The notes under the pieces were generated by a model, which saw nothing but the letters and a program-made list of their open reading frames with translations, was not told the origin of the DNA and did not search any database. From an uncultured delta proteobacterium (GTDB lineage: Bacteria; Desulfobacterota; Binatia; HRBIN30; BPIQ01), in NCBI GenBank assembly GCA_963761335.1, contig CAVXGR010000025.1, positions 20,366-84,365 on the forward strand: a DNA stretch of 64,000 nt, written 5' to 3'. Below, piece after piece: positions 43,922 to 55,596 of this stretch. Numbering within the stretch: the stretch's first letter is position 1; each line of letters begins with the position of its first letter. Made by a program: the position numbers and the translations under genes.

Positions 43922-45289
43922 TTGCCGCCGACGCCTGCAAACCCCTCTGGAGCGCTGCCGCACTCCGGCTGCCACCGGAAGAGTGCCCTGGCGGCCGCGC
44001 CGCTGGCGGTGGTCGTCCTTCTCTCGTGCGCCGCATGCTCTCGTCCCCAGGGGCGCGAGCAGCTCGTCGAGCTCTGGGCTCTGGGGCGCGAGGGCGAGGT
44101 GGTACAACGACTGATTCCCGAGTTCGAGCGGCGCAACCCCGCGATCCGCGTCCGTGTCCAACAGATCCCCTGGAGCGCTGCGCACGAGAAGCTGTTGACC
44201 GCATTCGTCGGCGAATCCATGCCGGATGTCTTTCAGGTGGGCAATACCTGGATCCCCGAGTTTGCCGCTCTCGATGCCGTCGAGCCGCTCGATGCCCGTA
44301 TCGCCGCCTCCGCCGCGGTGACGCCCGGAGACTACTTCGCCGGCATCCTGGCGACCAACACCATCGGCGGCACCACCTACGCGCTTCCCTGGTACGTCGA
44401 CACCCGCCTCCTCTTCTATCGCAGCGACATACTGGCCGCCGCCGGCTACCCGGCAGCGCCGCGTTCGTGGGCCGATTGGCTCCAGGCGATGCGCCAAATC
44501 AAGGAACGCGGCGGCGGCAACGGCTACGCGATTCTGCTGCCGATCCAGGAGTGGGAGGCGCCGGTGATTCTGGCGATGCAGCTCGGCGCACATCTGCTGC
44601 GAGAGGGAGGGCGCTATGGCAACTTCCGCAGCCCGGCGTTCCGGCGCGCCTTCGCCTTCTACCTCGACCTCTTCCGCCAGGGGCTGGCGCCACAGGCGGG
44701 AGCCGCCCAGGTCGCCAACGTCTATCAGGAGTTCGCCCGCGGTTACTTCGGCTTCTATCTGAGCGGTCCCTGGAACATCGGCGAGTTTCGCCGCCGGCTG
44801 CCCCCGGAGATGAACGGCAAGTGGGCGACGGCGCCGATGCCGTCACCCGACGCGGCGTATCCCGGGACGTCTCTGGCCGGCGGCGCCAGCCTGGCGCTGT
44901 CCCGGACCTCGCGGCAGAAGGACGCCGCCTGGCGCCTGATCGAGTATCTCGCCGACCCGGCCCGGCAGGCGGAGTTCTACCGCCTGACCGGCGATCTCCC
45001 CTCGCGCCAGAGCGCCTGGGCAGCCGACGACCTGGCCCATCAGCCCTACACGGCGGCCTTCTGGGAGCAGCTGCACGCCGTGCAGCCGGCGCCGCAGGTT
45101 CCGGAATGGGAGCAGATCGCCAGCAAGGTGGCCGAACACTCCGAAGCCGCCGTCCGCGGCAGCGTCGGCATCGACGCCGCTCTGCACGACCTCGATCACG
45201 ACGTCGATCAGATTCTCGAGAAGCGCCGCTGGATGCTGCGCCGCTCGGAAGGCGAAGGGGCAACCCCGGCGGCCGCGGAGGAGGACTGA
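43922..45289 (+). CDS. Sugar ABC transporter substrate-binding lipoprotein (family 1 SBP)
   Basis: ORF 43922..45289 begins at TTG, so the start is uncertain. Lipobox-like VVLLSCAAC. Motifs: LIPEFERRNPAIRVRVQQIPWSAAHEKLLTAFVGESMPDVFQVGNTWIPEFA, GGTTYALPWYVDTRLLFYR. Confidence 0.8.
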   Translation: MPPTPANPSGALPHSGCHRKSALAAAPLAVVVLLSCAACSRPQGREQLVELWALGREGEVVQRLIPEFERRNPAIRVRVQQIPWSAAHEKLLTAFVGESMPDVFQVGNTWIPEFAALDAVEPLDARIAASAAVTPGDYFAGILATNTIGGTTYALPWYVDTRLLFYRSDILAAAGYPAAPRSWADWLQAMRQIKERGGGNGYAILLPIQEWEAPVILAMQLGAHLLREGGRYGNFRSPAFRRAFAFYLDLFRQGLAPQAGAAQVANVYQEFARGYFGFYLSGPWNIGEFRRRLPPEMNGKWATAPMPSPDAAYPGTSLAGGASLALSRTSRQKDAAWRLIEYLADPARQAEFYRLTGDLPSRQSAWAADDLAHQPYTAAFWEQLHAVQPAPQVPEWEQIASKVAEHSEAAVRGSVGIDAALHDLDHDVDQILEKRRWMLRRSEGEGATPAAAEED

Positions 45290-45292
45290 GCC

Positions 45293-46258
45293 GTGGCCCC
45301 GGAAGCTGCCGGCAGCCTCATGCGGCGCCGTTTCCCAGCGCGCCTTCACCCGGCCGTGTGGTTCCTCGCCCCGGCGCTGCTGGCGATCTTCGTCTTCTTC
45401 TTCGTGCCGGTTGTCGCCTCGCTGCTGCTGAGCTTTACCGACTTCGACATCTACGCCGCCGGCAACCCCGCCAATCTGCGCCTCGTCGGCACCAGCAACT
45501 ACACTCGCCTGATGCGCGATCCGCTCTTTTGGGTGGCGCTCCGCAATACCTTCTACTTCGTGGTCGTCGGTGGGCCGCTCTCGGTGGGCGTCTCGCTGTT
45601 GGCGGCATTGCTCCTCGAGGCCAAGGCGGTGCGCCTGCGCGGCTTCTTCCGGACCGCCTTCTTCCTGCCGGTGGTGACCACGCTGGTGGCCACGGCGGTC
45701 GTCTGGCGGTACCTCTACCATCCGCGCTACGGCCTGCTGAATGCCGCCCTCGGCTTCTTCGGCATCGGCGCCATCGACTGGCTCGGCGACCCGCGCTGGG
45801 CGATGCCGGCGATCATTCTCATGGCGGTGTGGAAGAACTTCGGGTTCAACATGATCATCTTCATCGCCGGGCTGCAGAGCATTCCCGAGCGCCTGTACGA
45901 GGCCGCCCGCATCGACGGCGCCGGGCGCTGGCAGCAGTTTCGCGGCGTCACCCTGCCGATGCTGGCACCGACCTTCCTCTTCGTCGCCATCATCACCATG
46001 ATCGGCTACTTCCAGCTGTTCGCCGAGCCCTATGTGATGACTCAGGGGGGGCCGGCGAACAGCACCCTCAGCGTCGTCCTTCTCATGTACGAGGAGGGCT
46101 TCCGCTGGTGGAACATGGGATACGCCGCCGCCATTGCCTTCGTGCTCTTCGCCATCATCCTCGCCTTCACCGCCCTGCAGCTCGTCGTGCAACGGCGGCG
46201 CAGCGCCGCGCCCGGCCCCGCGCTCGGGCAAACGGCCGGTGCCGGGGGTGTCCGGTGA
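45293..46258 (+). CDS. Sugar ABC transporter permease (MalF/UgpA-like)
   Basis: GTG 45293 preceded by GGAGGAGGA. The EAA-type loop is LQSIPERLYEAARIDGAGRWQQFRGVTLPML. Six hydrophobic segments. Confidence 0.85.
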   Translation: MAPEAAGSLMRRRFPARLHPAVWFLAPALLAIFVFFFVPVVASLLLSFTDFDIYAAGNPANLRLVGTSNYTRLMRDPLFWVALRNTFYFVVVGGPLSVGVSLLAALLLEAKAVRLRGFFRTAFFLPVVTTLVATAVVWRYLYHPRYGLLNAALGFFGIGAIDWLGDPRWAMPAIILMAVWKNFGFNMIIFIAGLQSIPERLYEAARIDGAGRWQQFRGVTLPMLAPTFLFVAIITMIGYFQLFAEPYVMTQGGPANSTLSVVLLMYEEGFRWWNMGYAAAIAFVLFAIILAFTALQLVVQRRRSAAPGPALGQTAGAGGVR

Positions 46259-47076
46259 AGCGCCGCCTGCAGTCCGTCGCCCTCCACCTGGGTCTCGCGG
46301 CCGCGGCCCTGGTCACGGCGCTGCCGCTGCTGTGGATGCTCTCCGCCTCACTGATGCCGACGGGACAAGCCACGGCGCTGCCGCCCCGGCTCTTGCCTTC
46401 TCCCCCGACGTTGGAGCACTACCGCGCCCTGTTCACCCGGCTCGACCTCGGACGCAACGCTCTCAACAGCGCCCTGATCGCCACCGCCGCCACCCTCATC
46501 TCGCTGCTCTTCAACTCCATGGCCGGCTACGCCTTTGCCAAGTTCCACTTCCGCGGCCGCGACCGTCTCTTCAGCGGGCTGCTGGCCGCCATGGTGATCC
46601 CGGCACAGGTGTCGATGCTGCCGCTGTTTCTCATGCTCAAGAACATGGGCCTGGTGAACACCTACTGGGGGGTGATCATCCCCAGCATGGCCAGCATCTT
46701 CGGAATATTCCTGGTGCGGCAGTACGCGCAGTCGATCCCCGACAGCATTCTCGACGCGGCGCGCATCGACGGCGCCGGCGAGCTGCGCATCTATTGGTCC
46801 CTGGTTCTGCCCGCCTGCCGCCCGATCCTGGTCACCCTGGCCATCTTCACCTTCATGGGCACGTGGAACGATTTCATGTGGCCCCTGATCGTGCTGACAA
46901 ACAGCGATATGTACACCTTGCCGGTCGCCCTGGCGAACCTCCTCGGCGAGCATGCCCAGGACACGGAGCTGATGATGGCGGGCGCCGTGCTGACGGTCCT
47001 GCCGGTGATGGTGCTGTTTATCGCGCTGCAGAAATACTACATTGCGGGGATCATGGCCGGCGCGGTGAAGGACTAG
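46255..47076 (+). CDS. Sugar ABC transporter permease (MalG/UgpE-like)
   Basis: GTG 46255 overlaps the upstream stop as GTGA. Motifs: YAQSIPDSILDAARIDGAGELRIYWSLVLPACRP and the C-terminal ALQKYYIAGIMAGAVKD. Confidence 0.85.
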   Translation: MKRRLQSVALHLGLAAAALVTALPLLWMLSASLMPTGQATALPPRLLPSPPTLEHYRALFTRLDLGRNALNSALIATAATLISLLFNSMAGYAFAKFHFRGRDRLFSGLLAAMVIPAQVSMLPLFLMLKNMGLVNTYWGVIIPSMASIFGIFLVRQYAQSIPDSILDAARIDGAGELRIYWSLVLPACRPILVTLAIFTFMGTWNDFMWPLIVLTNSDMYTLPVALANLLGEHAQDTELMMAGAVLTVLPVMVLFIALQKYYIAGIMAGAVKD

Positions 47077-50000
47077 TGGGGACCCAACTCTTCGGCGGCG
47101 CTCGGCGCCGTCTCCCGGTGCGCCGCTATGACTTCATTCTGGCGATTCTCGTCGCTGCGGCGATACAGGCACCGTCGGTCCGTGGCGCCGAGCCGCAGAT
47201 TCTCGACGCCTTCGATGATCTCAGTGGGTGGACTGCTGCCGCCTCCCAGGGCGCCAGCATCGAGATCGCCCAGGACCGCGGCACCGACGGCATGGGCCTG
47301 CGCATCGATTTCGACTTCCACGGGGGTGCCGGGTACGTCCTGGTGCACAAGGCACTGCCTCTGGCGTTGCCCGAGAACTATGCCTTCTCGTTCGACATCC
47401 GCGGCGAGGCGCCGCGCAACGACTTCGAGTTCAAGCTGGTGGACCGTTCGGGAAAGAGCGTGTGGTGGCGCCGCCTGCGCGATTTCGCCTTCCCATCCAG
47501 CTGGGAGCACCAGGTCATTCGCAAGCCGCGGATCGAGTTCGCGTGGGGGCCGGCGCACGGGGGAGAGCTGAAGCAGGTGGGTGCCATCGAGTTCGGCATC
47601 TCCGCGGGATCGGGCGGCGGCAAGGGATCGGTGTGGATCGACACCCTGGCCTTCGAGCAGAGAGAGCCGGCCAGCGCCTACAATCACACGGCGACGGTGC
47701 TCGCCTCCACGTCGCTGCCGGGGCACGAGCCGGAGCTGATCCTGGACCAGGACCCGGCAACCAGCTGGCACAGCGGCACCGTCGCTCCCGGGCAGTGGGT
47801 GATCATCGATTTCGGCAAGACCCGCGAGTACGGCGGTCTGGTGATCGACTGGGACGAAAGCGATTTCGCCATCGCCTACGAGGTGCAGGTCTCGGACGAT
47901 CAGCAGAGCTGGACGACGGCGTACACCAGCACCGCGGGAAACGGCGGACGCGACTACATTTACATGCCCGATGCGGAGTCGCGTTACGTACGCCTCAAGC
48001 TGCAGCAGAGCAGCATTGGCTCGGGCTACGGGATCCGCGACGTGACCGTGAAGCCGTTCGAGTTCTCGGCGTCGCCGAACCAGTTCTTCCGCACCATCGC
48101 CCAGGAGGGCAAGCCGGGTCTCTACCCGAAGTACTTCTACGACCGGCAGACGTACTGGACGGTGGTCGGCGTCAACGGCGATTCCAAGGAGGCGCTGCTC
48201 AACGAGGAAGGCATGCTCGAGGTGGAGAAGGGGGGCTTCTCGATCGAGCCTTTTCTGTATGCAGACGGGCACCTGGTGGGCTGGAGTGACGTACAGACGT
48301 CTCAAGAGCTCGATGCCGGCTACCTGCCCATCCCCTCCGTCATCTGGCGGAGCGATCAGCTGTCGCTGCGAATCACCGTCTTCGCCTCCGGACCCGCCGA
48401 GCAATCGGTCCTCTATGCCCGCTACCATCTGGAGAACGCCGGGGCCGAGTTCGCCCACGTGGCGCTCTTCCTCGCCATCCGCCCGTTTCAGGTGGTCCCG
48501 CCCTGGCAGTCGCTCAACATGGTCGGCGGCGTGTCGCTCATTCACTCCATCACCCTCGATGGCCGCATCGCCTGGGTGAACCACGACAAGCCGATCATCT
48601 CGCTGACGGCGCCCGAGCGTTCCGGCACCTCGATTTTCGAACGGGGTCCGGTGGTCGACTTCCTCGCCGGCGGCCGGGTGCCGCCGCAGGCCGAGTCCGA
48701 GGACCCCTTCGGCTTCGCGTCCGGCGCGTTCCAGTACGGTCTGGATCTACAGCCCGGAGGAGTCGCCGACGTCGATATCGCCATTCCCTTCCATGAGGTA
48801 CCTTCCGCGCTCGCACCCGGGGTCACTGCAGTCACCGGCGAGATCGCCGGGCTCGACGTCCAGCTGCAGAAGACCGAGGATTACTGGCGCAGCGCCCTCG
48901 ACCGCGTCGACTACGAGCTTCCGCCGGCAGCCGTCGACATCTCACGGACGGCCAAGACGACCCTCGCCTACATTCTCATCAACCGCGACGGCGCCGCCAT
49001 CCAGCCCGGCTCGCGCAGCTATGCGCGCTCCTGGATTCGCGACGGCGCCTTGACCTCCGCCTCGCTTCTCGAGCTGGGGTTCACCGAGGAGGTGCGCGAG
49101 TTTCTGCGCTGGTACTCCGGCTATCAGTACCACGACGGCAAGATCCCGTGCTGCGTCGATTACCGCGGTGCCGATCCGACTCCGGAGTACGACTCGAATG
49201 GGGAGTTCATCTTTGCGGTGATGGATTACTACCGCTTCACGCGCGACGTGGGCTTTCTGAGCGAGATGTGGCCGCACGTGATCAAGGCCGTGGACTACCT
49301 CGAGCGGCTCCGCCAGCAGACCATGACGGACGCCTACACCAACCCGGACAAGCAGGCCTTCTACGGGCTCCTGCCGGAGTCCATCAGTCACGAGGGCTAC
49401 GCCTCGCACCCGGTGCATTCGTATTGGGACGACTTCTTCGCGCTGCGCGGGCTCAAGGATGCGGCGCGCATGGCGGTGATCGTTGGCGACACCCATCGCG
49501 CCGCACAATTCGCCGCCCTGCGCGACGCCTTTCGCAAGGATCTCTACAGCTCGATCGACCGCGTGGTGCAGGAGCATCATCTCGACTACGTCCCGGCGTC
49601 CGCCGATCTCGGCGACTTCGATCCCAACGCCACCGCCATCGCCCTGATCCCGGGGGGCGAGTACGAGAACATGCCTCCGGCGCTGCTGGAGCACACCTTC
49701 GATCGCTACTTCGACGCCTTCGAGAAACGCGCCCACGGCGAGGGCGGCTGGGATTCCTATACGCCCTACGAGCTGCGCAACGTCGCTGCCCTGGTGCTGA
49801 TGGGAGAGCGCGACCGCGCCGTGGAGGTGCTGCGCGCCCTGATGGCGGATCGCCATCCGACCGCCTGGAACGAGTGGCCGGAGATCGTCTGGCGAGACCG
49901 CGCCGCCCCGCGCTTCATCGGCGACATGCCGCACACCTGGGTTGGCTCGGCGTTCCTGCGCTCCTTGCGCACCCTCTTCGCCTTCGAGCGCGAGGCGGAC

Positions 50001-50303
50001 GGCTCTCTGGTGATCGGCGCCGGGCTCCCCTGGGAATGGGTCAGCAGCGAAACGGGAGTCTCCGTGGAGAGAATGCCGACGCAGTACGGAGTTCTGCATC
50101 TGGCCATTCGCAGTGAGTCGGCGGGCTCGGTTACCGTCCGCCTGTCCGGGGACCTGACCATGCCTCCGGGAGGAATCATCGTGCAGCCGCCACTGCCGGA
50201 GCCGCTCAAGTCGGTGCACGTGAATGGCATTCCGATCGGCTCCTTCGGGCCCGATCAGGCTCTGGTGCGTTCCTTTCCCGCGGAGGTGGTGCTGGAGTAC
50301 TGA
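47076..50303 (+). CDS. Exported discoidin (F5/8 type C) domain protein with GH15-like (alpha/alpha)6 C-terminal region
   Basis: GTG 47076 overlaps the upstream TAG by 1 nt. The signal-like segment is RRYDFILAILVAAAIQAPSVRGA. An N-terminal CBM-like domain is present. The discoidin domain is DQDPATSWHSGTVAPGQWVIIDFGKTREYGGLVIDW...YVRLKL. YARSWIRDGALTSASLL resembles GH15 conserved region 1. Confidence 0.65.
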   Translation: MGTQLFGGARRRLPVRRYDFILAILVAAAIQAPSVRGAEPQILDAFDDLSGWTAAASQGASIEIAQDRGTDGMGLRIDFDFHGGAGYVLVHKALPLALPENYAFSFDIRGEAPRNDFEFKLVDRSGKSVWWRRLRDFAFPSSWEHQVIRKPRIEFAWGPAHGGELKQVGAIEFGISAGSGGGKGSVWIDTLAFEQREPASAYNHTATVLASTSLPGHEPELILDQDPATSWHSGTVAPGQWVIIDFGKTREYGGLVIDWDESDFAIAYEVQVSDDQQSWTTAYTSTAGNGGRDYIYMPDAESRYVRLKLQQSSIGSGYGIRDVTVKPFEFSASPNQFFRTIAQEGKPGLYPKYFYDRQTYWTVVGVNGDSKEALLNEEGMLEVEKGGFSIEPFLYADGHLVGWSDVQTSQELDAGYLPIPSVIWRSDQLSLRITVFASGPAEQSVLYARYHLENAGAEFAHVALFLAIRPFQVVPPWQSLNMVGGVSLIHSITLDGRIAWVNHDKPIISLTAPERSGTSIFERGPVVDFLAGGRVPPQAESEDPFGFASGAFQYGLDLQPGGVADVDIAIPFHEVPSALAPGVTAVTGEIAGLDVQLQKTEDYWRSALDRVDYELPPAAVDISRTAKTTLAYILINRDGAAIQPGSRSYARSWIRDGALTSASLLELGFTEEVREFLRWYSGYQYHDGKIPCCVDYRGADPTPEYDSNGEFIFAVMDYYRFTRDVGFLSEMWPHVIKAVDYLERLRQQTMTDAYTNPDKQAFYGLLPESISHEGYASHPVHSYWDDFFALRGLKDAARMAVIVGDTHRAAQFAALRDAFRKDLYSSIDRVVQEHHLDYVPASADLGDFDPNATAIALIPGGEYENMPPALLEHTFDRYFDAFEKRAHGEGGWDSYTPYELRNVAALVLMGERDRAVEVLRALMADRHPTAWNEWPEIVWRDRAAPRFIGDMPHTWVGSAFLRSLRTLFAFEREADGSLVIGAGLPWEWVSSETGVSVERMPTQYGVLHLAIRSESAGSVTVRLSGDLTMPPGGIIVQPPLPEPLKSVHVNGIPIGSFGPDQALVRSFPAEVVLEY

Positions 50304-50308
50304 GCGAC

Positions 50309-53300
50309 ATGCGCGCCGCCGCCCATCTGCCTCGTCTCGATCGTCTGGACGACGCCGCACCGCATGCGCGTCTGCTCTCGAATGGCTCCTATACGGTGCT
50401 CATCAGCAGCGCGGGCACCGGCCTCTCCACCTGGGGGGATACGGCGCTGACCGCCTGGAGCGGTGACCGCACCGAGGATGGCGACGGCGTCTTCCTCTAC
50501 ATACGCGATCTCGACGACGGACGCTTCTGGTCGGCAACGGTACAGCCGGTGACCGCGGGTTTCGACTCGCACGGCGCCGCGTATGCCGACGGATGCATGC
50601 GTCTGAGCCGGACCCAGTGCGGCGTCGAGACGCAGGTCGATATCGCCGTGGCACCGCACGCGCCGCTGGAGGTGCGGCGGCTGCGACTGCGCAATCTCGG
50701 CGACCGGCCGCGCCGCCTCGAGGTCACCACCTACGCCGAGGTCGTCCTTCAGCAACGGGCAGCGCACGCTGCACACCCGGCGTTCTCGAAGCTCTTCGTC
50801 GAGACCTTCTTCGAGCCCGCAAGCGAGCTGCTGTTGGCGAGTCGCCGGCCGCGCAGCGACGGCGAGCCGCGGCGTTGGATGGCGCAGGCGCTGCTCGGCC
50901 CCGGAAGCGCGCAGTGGGAGTCGGACCGCGGCCGCTTTCTCGGACGGGGACGAACCCCGACAGATCCGCTGGCCCTGAGCGGAGACCTCTCCGGAAGCAG
51001 CGGCCGCGTCCTCGACCCCGTGCTGGCCATGCGCCGCCGCGTCTCCCTGGCCGCGGGTGAAGCCGCCGAGCTCGCCGCCATCATCGCCGCGGGAGACTCG
51101 CGTTCCGGCGTGCGAGCGGCGATCGCCCCGCTGCGGTCCGACCCGGCCGGGGTCGGCGCGACCTTCGCGGCGGCGGCCGCCGCCGAAGGCGCCGTGCGCA
51201 GCCGCCTGCAGCTCGACGAACGGGATGCCGCCTATCTCCAGGAGCTGGCGGGCGCCATGCTCTACGGTCGCGCCGCGCTGCGCGCCGCCGTCAGGGCGCG
51301 GCGCGCCCCCGGCACTCTCGATCGCAGCATCTACGGCTTGCGCTCCGAAGCGCTGCTGGTGCTGGCCGAGATCGGCGCCGCCGATGCGGAGACCCTCGTC
51401 CCCGAGATCGCTGCGGCGCGCGCCTACTGGGGCGCTCGCGGCGTCCGCATCGAGCTGATCGTCCTCTGTGATGATCCCGGGTTGGCGGCGACCCGACTGC
51501 AGGCGTGCTGGCAGTCCGTGGCCGAGATTCTCCCCGGCGCGACACCGGGAAATATCGCCGTTCACGGCGCTGCCGAGGTCGGCGCGGAGGCGCGGGCGAA
51601 GATGCGCGCCGCCGCCGACCTGGCGATTCGCCACAGCTTTCCAATCCTCAGGGAACCGAGGCGGAACCGCGCCCGCGGAGGGCAAGCCTCCGGCGTGCCA
51701 TTGTCTTCAGCGGCGGCTGGGGGTGTCTCGCCGCAGGCGCGCCCTCGCGAGGATCTCCTCTTCGACAACGGCCACGGGGGCTTCACCGCCGACGGGCGCG
51801 AGTACGTCATTCACCTCGATCCGCGAGCCCCCGGCGGCAGCCGGCCGCCGATGCCGTGGATCAATGTCGTCGCCAACGAGCAGTTCGGCTCCCTGCTGAG
51901 CGAGAGCGGCGCCCGCTACACCTGGAGTGGCAACAGCCGCGAGAACCGACTGACGCCGTGGTACAACGACCCGGTGAGCGACCCGTACGGCGAGGCGCTC
52001 TATCTTCGGGACGAGGAGAGCGGCGCGCTGTGGTCGCCCCTGCCGGGGCCGTCGTCGGCGGCGACGGCCGCCGAGGTGCGCCATGGATTCGGCTATTCGA
52101 AGTGGCGACAACGCTGCAGCGACCTGGACCAAGAGGTCACCATCTTCGTGCCGCGGGCCGATCCGCTGCAGATTGTCCATTTGCATCTCACCAATCTCGG
52201 GGAGGGACCGCGACGCCTGTCGGCCTTCTCCTATCACCGGCTGGTTCTCGGGCCGCAGCAGTCGCAGAGCGTGCGCACCGAGATCGATTCCGAGGCGCTC
52301 CTGCTGCTCGCCGTGAACCCGATGAACGGCGCCTTCAGCGACCGGGTCGCCTTTGCTGCCGCGGCGCTCTCGGAGGGCGCACGCTGCTTCCTGAGCGGTG
52401 ATCGCGCCTCTTTCATCGGCCGCAATCGCCGTCCGGCCAACGCCGCGCTCCCGAGCAGCGGGGCGGACCTCGACGGCCGCAGCGGCGCCGATCTGGATCC
52501 GTGCGCGGCGCTGCAGGTAAAGCTCGAGCTGCTGCCGGCTGCCTCGGTGGACGTCTTCTTTCTCTTCGGCCAGACCGAGAGCGCTGCGGCGGCGCGGACC
52601 CTGGTGGAGCGCTACCGCCGACCCGGTGTCGCGGCGGAGGCGCTCGCCGGGGTGCGGCGCTTCTGGCAGGAGACGCTCTCGGCGATCTCCGTGGAGACGC
52701 CGGTACGATCGCTCGACCTGATGCTCAACGGCTGGCTTCTCTATCAGGCGCTCGCCTGTCGATTGTGGGCGCGCTCGGCATTCTATCAGTCGGGCGGCGC
52801 CTTCGGCTTCCGCGACCAGCTACAGGACTCGGCGGCGCTGGTCTACGCGCGCCCGGCGCTGATGCGCGCTCAGATCGCCCTGCACGCCGCGCATCAGTTC
52901 ACCGAGGGGGACGTGCTGCACTGGTGGCATCCACCCGACGATCGCGGCACGCGCACGCGCTTCGCCGACGACCTCCTGTGGATGCCGTATCTGGCCGCCT
53001 TCTACGCCCGCAGCACGGGCGACTGGGGAATATTCGACGAGACCGCGGCATACGTCAGCGCGCGGCGGCTCGAGCCGGGAGAGGACGAGGCATATCTGCG
53101 CTCGTCGCCCTCCACCGAGACCTCGGACATCTACGAGCACTGCTGCCGGGCGATCGACCGCTCTCTTGCCCTCGGCGCGCATGGCCTGCCGCTCATGGGA
53201 ACCGGAGACTGGAACGACGGCATGAACCGCGTCGGCCGCGAGGGGCGCGGCGAGAGCGTGTGGATGGCGTTCTTCCTCCACGACGTCCTCGTCCAGTTCG

Positions 53301-54190
53301 AGCCGGTTTGCGAGCGCCGCGGCGACGACCAGCGCCTGCGGCGCTATCGCCAGCACCGCCTCCGGCTGCAGGCGGCGATCGACGGATCGGCGTGGGATGG
53401 CCGTTGGTATCGCCGGGCCTACTACGACGACGGCACGCCTCTCGGCTCGGCCGAGAACGACGAGTGCCGCATCGACGCTCTGGCGCAGGCCTGGGCCGTG
53501 ATCTCCGGCACCGCGCCTGCGGATCGAGCCCGGACGGCTCTCGACGCCGTCGAGGAGCTTCTCGTCTCCGAAGAGGCAGGCATCATTCGACTTCTCACGC
53601 CGCCGTTCGACACGACCGCGCACGACCCCGGCTACATCAAAGGATATCTGCCCGGCATCCGCGAGAACGGGGGCCAGTACACACACGCCGCCGTGTGGGT
53701 GGTGCGCGCCATGGCGGAGATCGGCCGGCGCGACCGAGCCGCGGAGCTCCTCGAACGCCTCGGCCCCGTGTGGCACGGCCGCAGCCGCGCCGCGGTCGCC
53801 GCATATCAGGTGGAGCCCTACGTGGTGGCGGCCGATATCTACGGCCTCGCGCCGCACCTCGGCCGCGGCGGCTGGACCTGGTACACCGGCTCGGCCGCGT
53901 GGATGTACCGCGTCGCCCTCGAGTCGATCCTCGGGCTGACCCTGGAGGAGGGCAGGGCGCTGCGCCTGCGCCCGCGTTTTCCCGACTCCTGGCCGCGGGC
54001 GCGGCTGTCCTACACGCTCCCGGAGCAGACGACGAGATACGAGATCGAGCTGCTCAACCCGAGCGGCAACGCCGGCGACGTGCGGTCGGCCACCATCGAC
54101 GGGGAGCCTGCGGAAATCGCCGCCGGCGTGGCGATCGTGCCGTTCCGCAGCGACGGTCAGGTGCACCGCGTCACCGTCGTCCTCGGGTAG
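50309..54190 (+). CDS. GH94-family glycoside phosphorylase-like protein (as in the C-terminal part of cyclic beta-1,2-glucan synthase)
   Basis: 1293 aa with no signal peptide. It has two GH94 N-terminal-type modules (LSNGSYTVLISSAGTGLSTW... and YTWSGNSRENRLTPWYNDPVSDPYGEALYLRDEESGALWSP). The catalytic region shows YQSGGAFGFRDQLQD, HQFTEGDVLHWWHP and MGTGDWNDGMNRVGREGRGESVWMAFF. Confidence 0.8.
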   Translation: MRAAAHLPRLDRLDDAAPHARLLSNGSYTVLISSAGTGLSTWGDTALTAWSGDRTEDGDGVFLYIRDLDDGRFWSATVQPVTAGFDSHGAAYADGCMRLSRTQCGVETQVDIAVAPHAPLEVRRLRLRNLGDRPRRLEVTTYAEVVLQQRAAHAAHPAFSKLFVETFFEPASELLLASRRPRSDGEPRRWMAQALLGPGSAQWESDRGRFLGRGRTPTDPLALSGDLSGSSGRVLDPVLAMRRRVSLAAGEAAELAAIIAAGDSRSGVRAAIAPLRSDPAGVGATFAAAAAAEGAVRSRLQLDERDAAYLQELAGAMLYGRAALRAAVRARRAPGTLDRSIYGLRSEALLVLAEIGAADAETLVPEIAAARAYWGARGVRIELIVLCDDPGLAATRLQACWQSVAEILPGATPGNIAVHGAAEVGAEARAKMRAAADLAIRHSFPILREPRRNRARGGQASGVPLSSAAAGGVSPQARPREDLLFDNGHGGFTADGREYVIHLDPRAPGGSRPPMPWINVVANEQFGSLLSESGARYTWSGNSRENRLTPWYNDPVSDPYGEALYLRDEESGALWSPLPGPSSAATAAEVRHGFGYSKWRQRCSDLDQEVTIFVPRADPLQIVHLHLTNLGEGPRRLSAFSYHRLVLGPQQSQSVRTEIDSEALLLLAVNPMNGAFSDRVAFAAAALSEGARCFLSGDRASFIGRNRRPANAALPSSGADLDGRSGADLDPCAALQVKLELLPAASVDVFFLFGQTESAAAARTLVERYRRPGVAAEALAGVRRFWQETLSAISVETPVRSLDLMLNGWLLYQALACRLWARSAFYQSGGAFGFRDQLQDSAALVYARPALMRAQIALHAAHQFTEGDVLHWWHPPDDRGTRTRFADDLLWMPYLAAFYARSTGDWGIFDETAAYVSARRLEPGEDEAYLRSSPSTETSDIYEHCCRAIDRSLALGAHGLPLMGTGDWNDGMNRVGREGRGESVWMAFFLHDVLVQFEPVCERRGDDQRLRRYRQHRLRLQAAIDGSAWDGRWYRRAYYDDGTPLGSAENDECRIDALAQAWAVISGTAPADRARTALDAVEELLVSEEAGIIRLLTPPFDTTAHDPGYIKGYLPGIRENGGQYTHAAVWVVRAMAEIGRRDRAAELLERLGPVWHGRSRAAVAAYQVEPYVVAADIYGLAPHLGRGGWTWYTGSAAWMYRVALESILGLTLEEGRALRLRPRFPDSWPRARLSYTLPEQTTRYEIELLNPSGNAGDVRSATIDGEPAEIAAGVAIVPFRSDGQVHRVTVVLG

Positions 54191-54240
54191 AGGGCGTCTC
54201 GGGGCAGCTCTTCGAAGCGTCGGCGTTGGTTGGGCCGCGG

Positions 54241-55335
<1,095 letters not shown>

Positions 55336-55384
55336 TGACGTCAGGGGCGATCCGGAGCTTCGGCTCCGGAGGCTCTCTCGAGAC

Positions 55385-55467
55385 CTGGGCAAACCAGTTC
55401 CGCCGGTCCGTGGGCCACGTAGAAGCGGCTCTCGCCGCTTCGGAAAGCGCCGGGACGGCGCTTCTAC
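55385..55467. repeat. Solo full-length (L+S) copy of the 83-bp array unit
   Basis: ctgggcaaaccagttccgccggtccgtgggccac + gtagaagcggctctcgccgcttcggaaagcgccgggacggcgcttctac aligns end to end with array unit 2 (19098-19180) at roughly 88 percent identity by eye. It is followed by tggggaagatcc, a decayed start of another L. Confidence 0.85.
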
Positions 55468-55496
55468 TGGGGAAGATCCGATGATGTCCTACGCTC

Positions 55497-55544
55497 CGCC
55501 CCGTCAGGGGCGCCGGCACATGTCCCCGCGCCCCTGACGGGGCG
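55497..55544. repeat. Inverted pair of R2 hairpins
   Basis: cgccccgtcaggggcg (55497-55512) and cgcccctgacggggcg (55529-55544) are exact reverse complements and each is itself a hairpin. The architecture is the same as 10678-10695 and 10741-10758. Confidence 0.85.
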
Positions 55545-55596
55545 CGCCTTGCGGCGTCGTCCGATCTTCCCCGGGTTACACCCGGGGCTACACGCC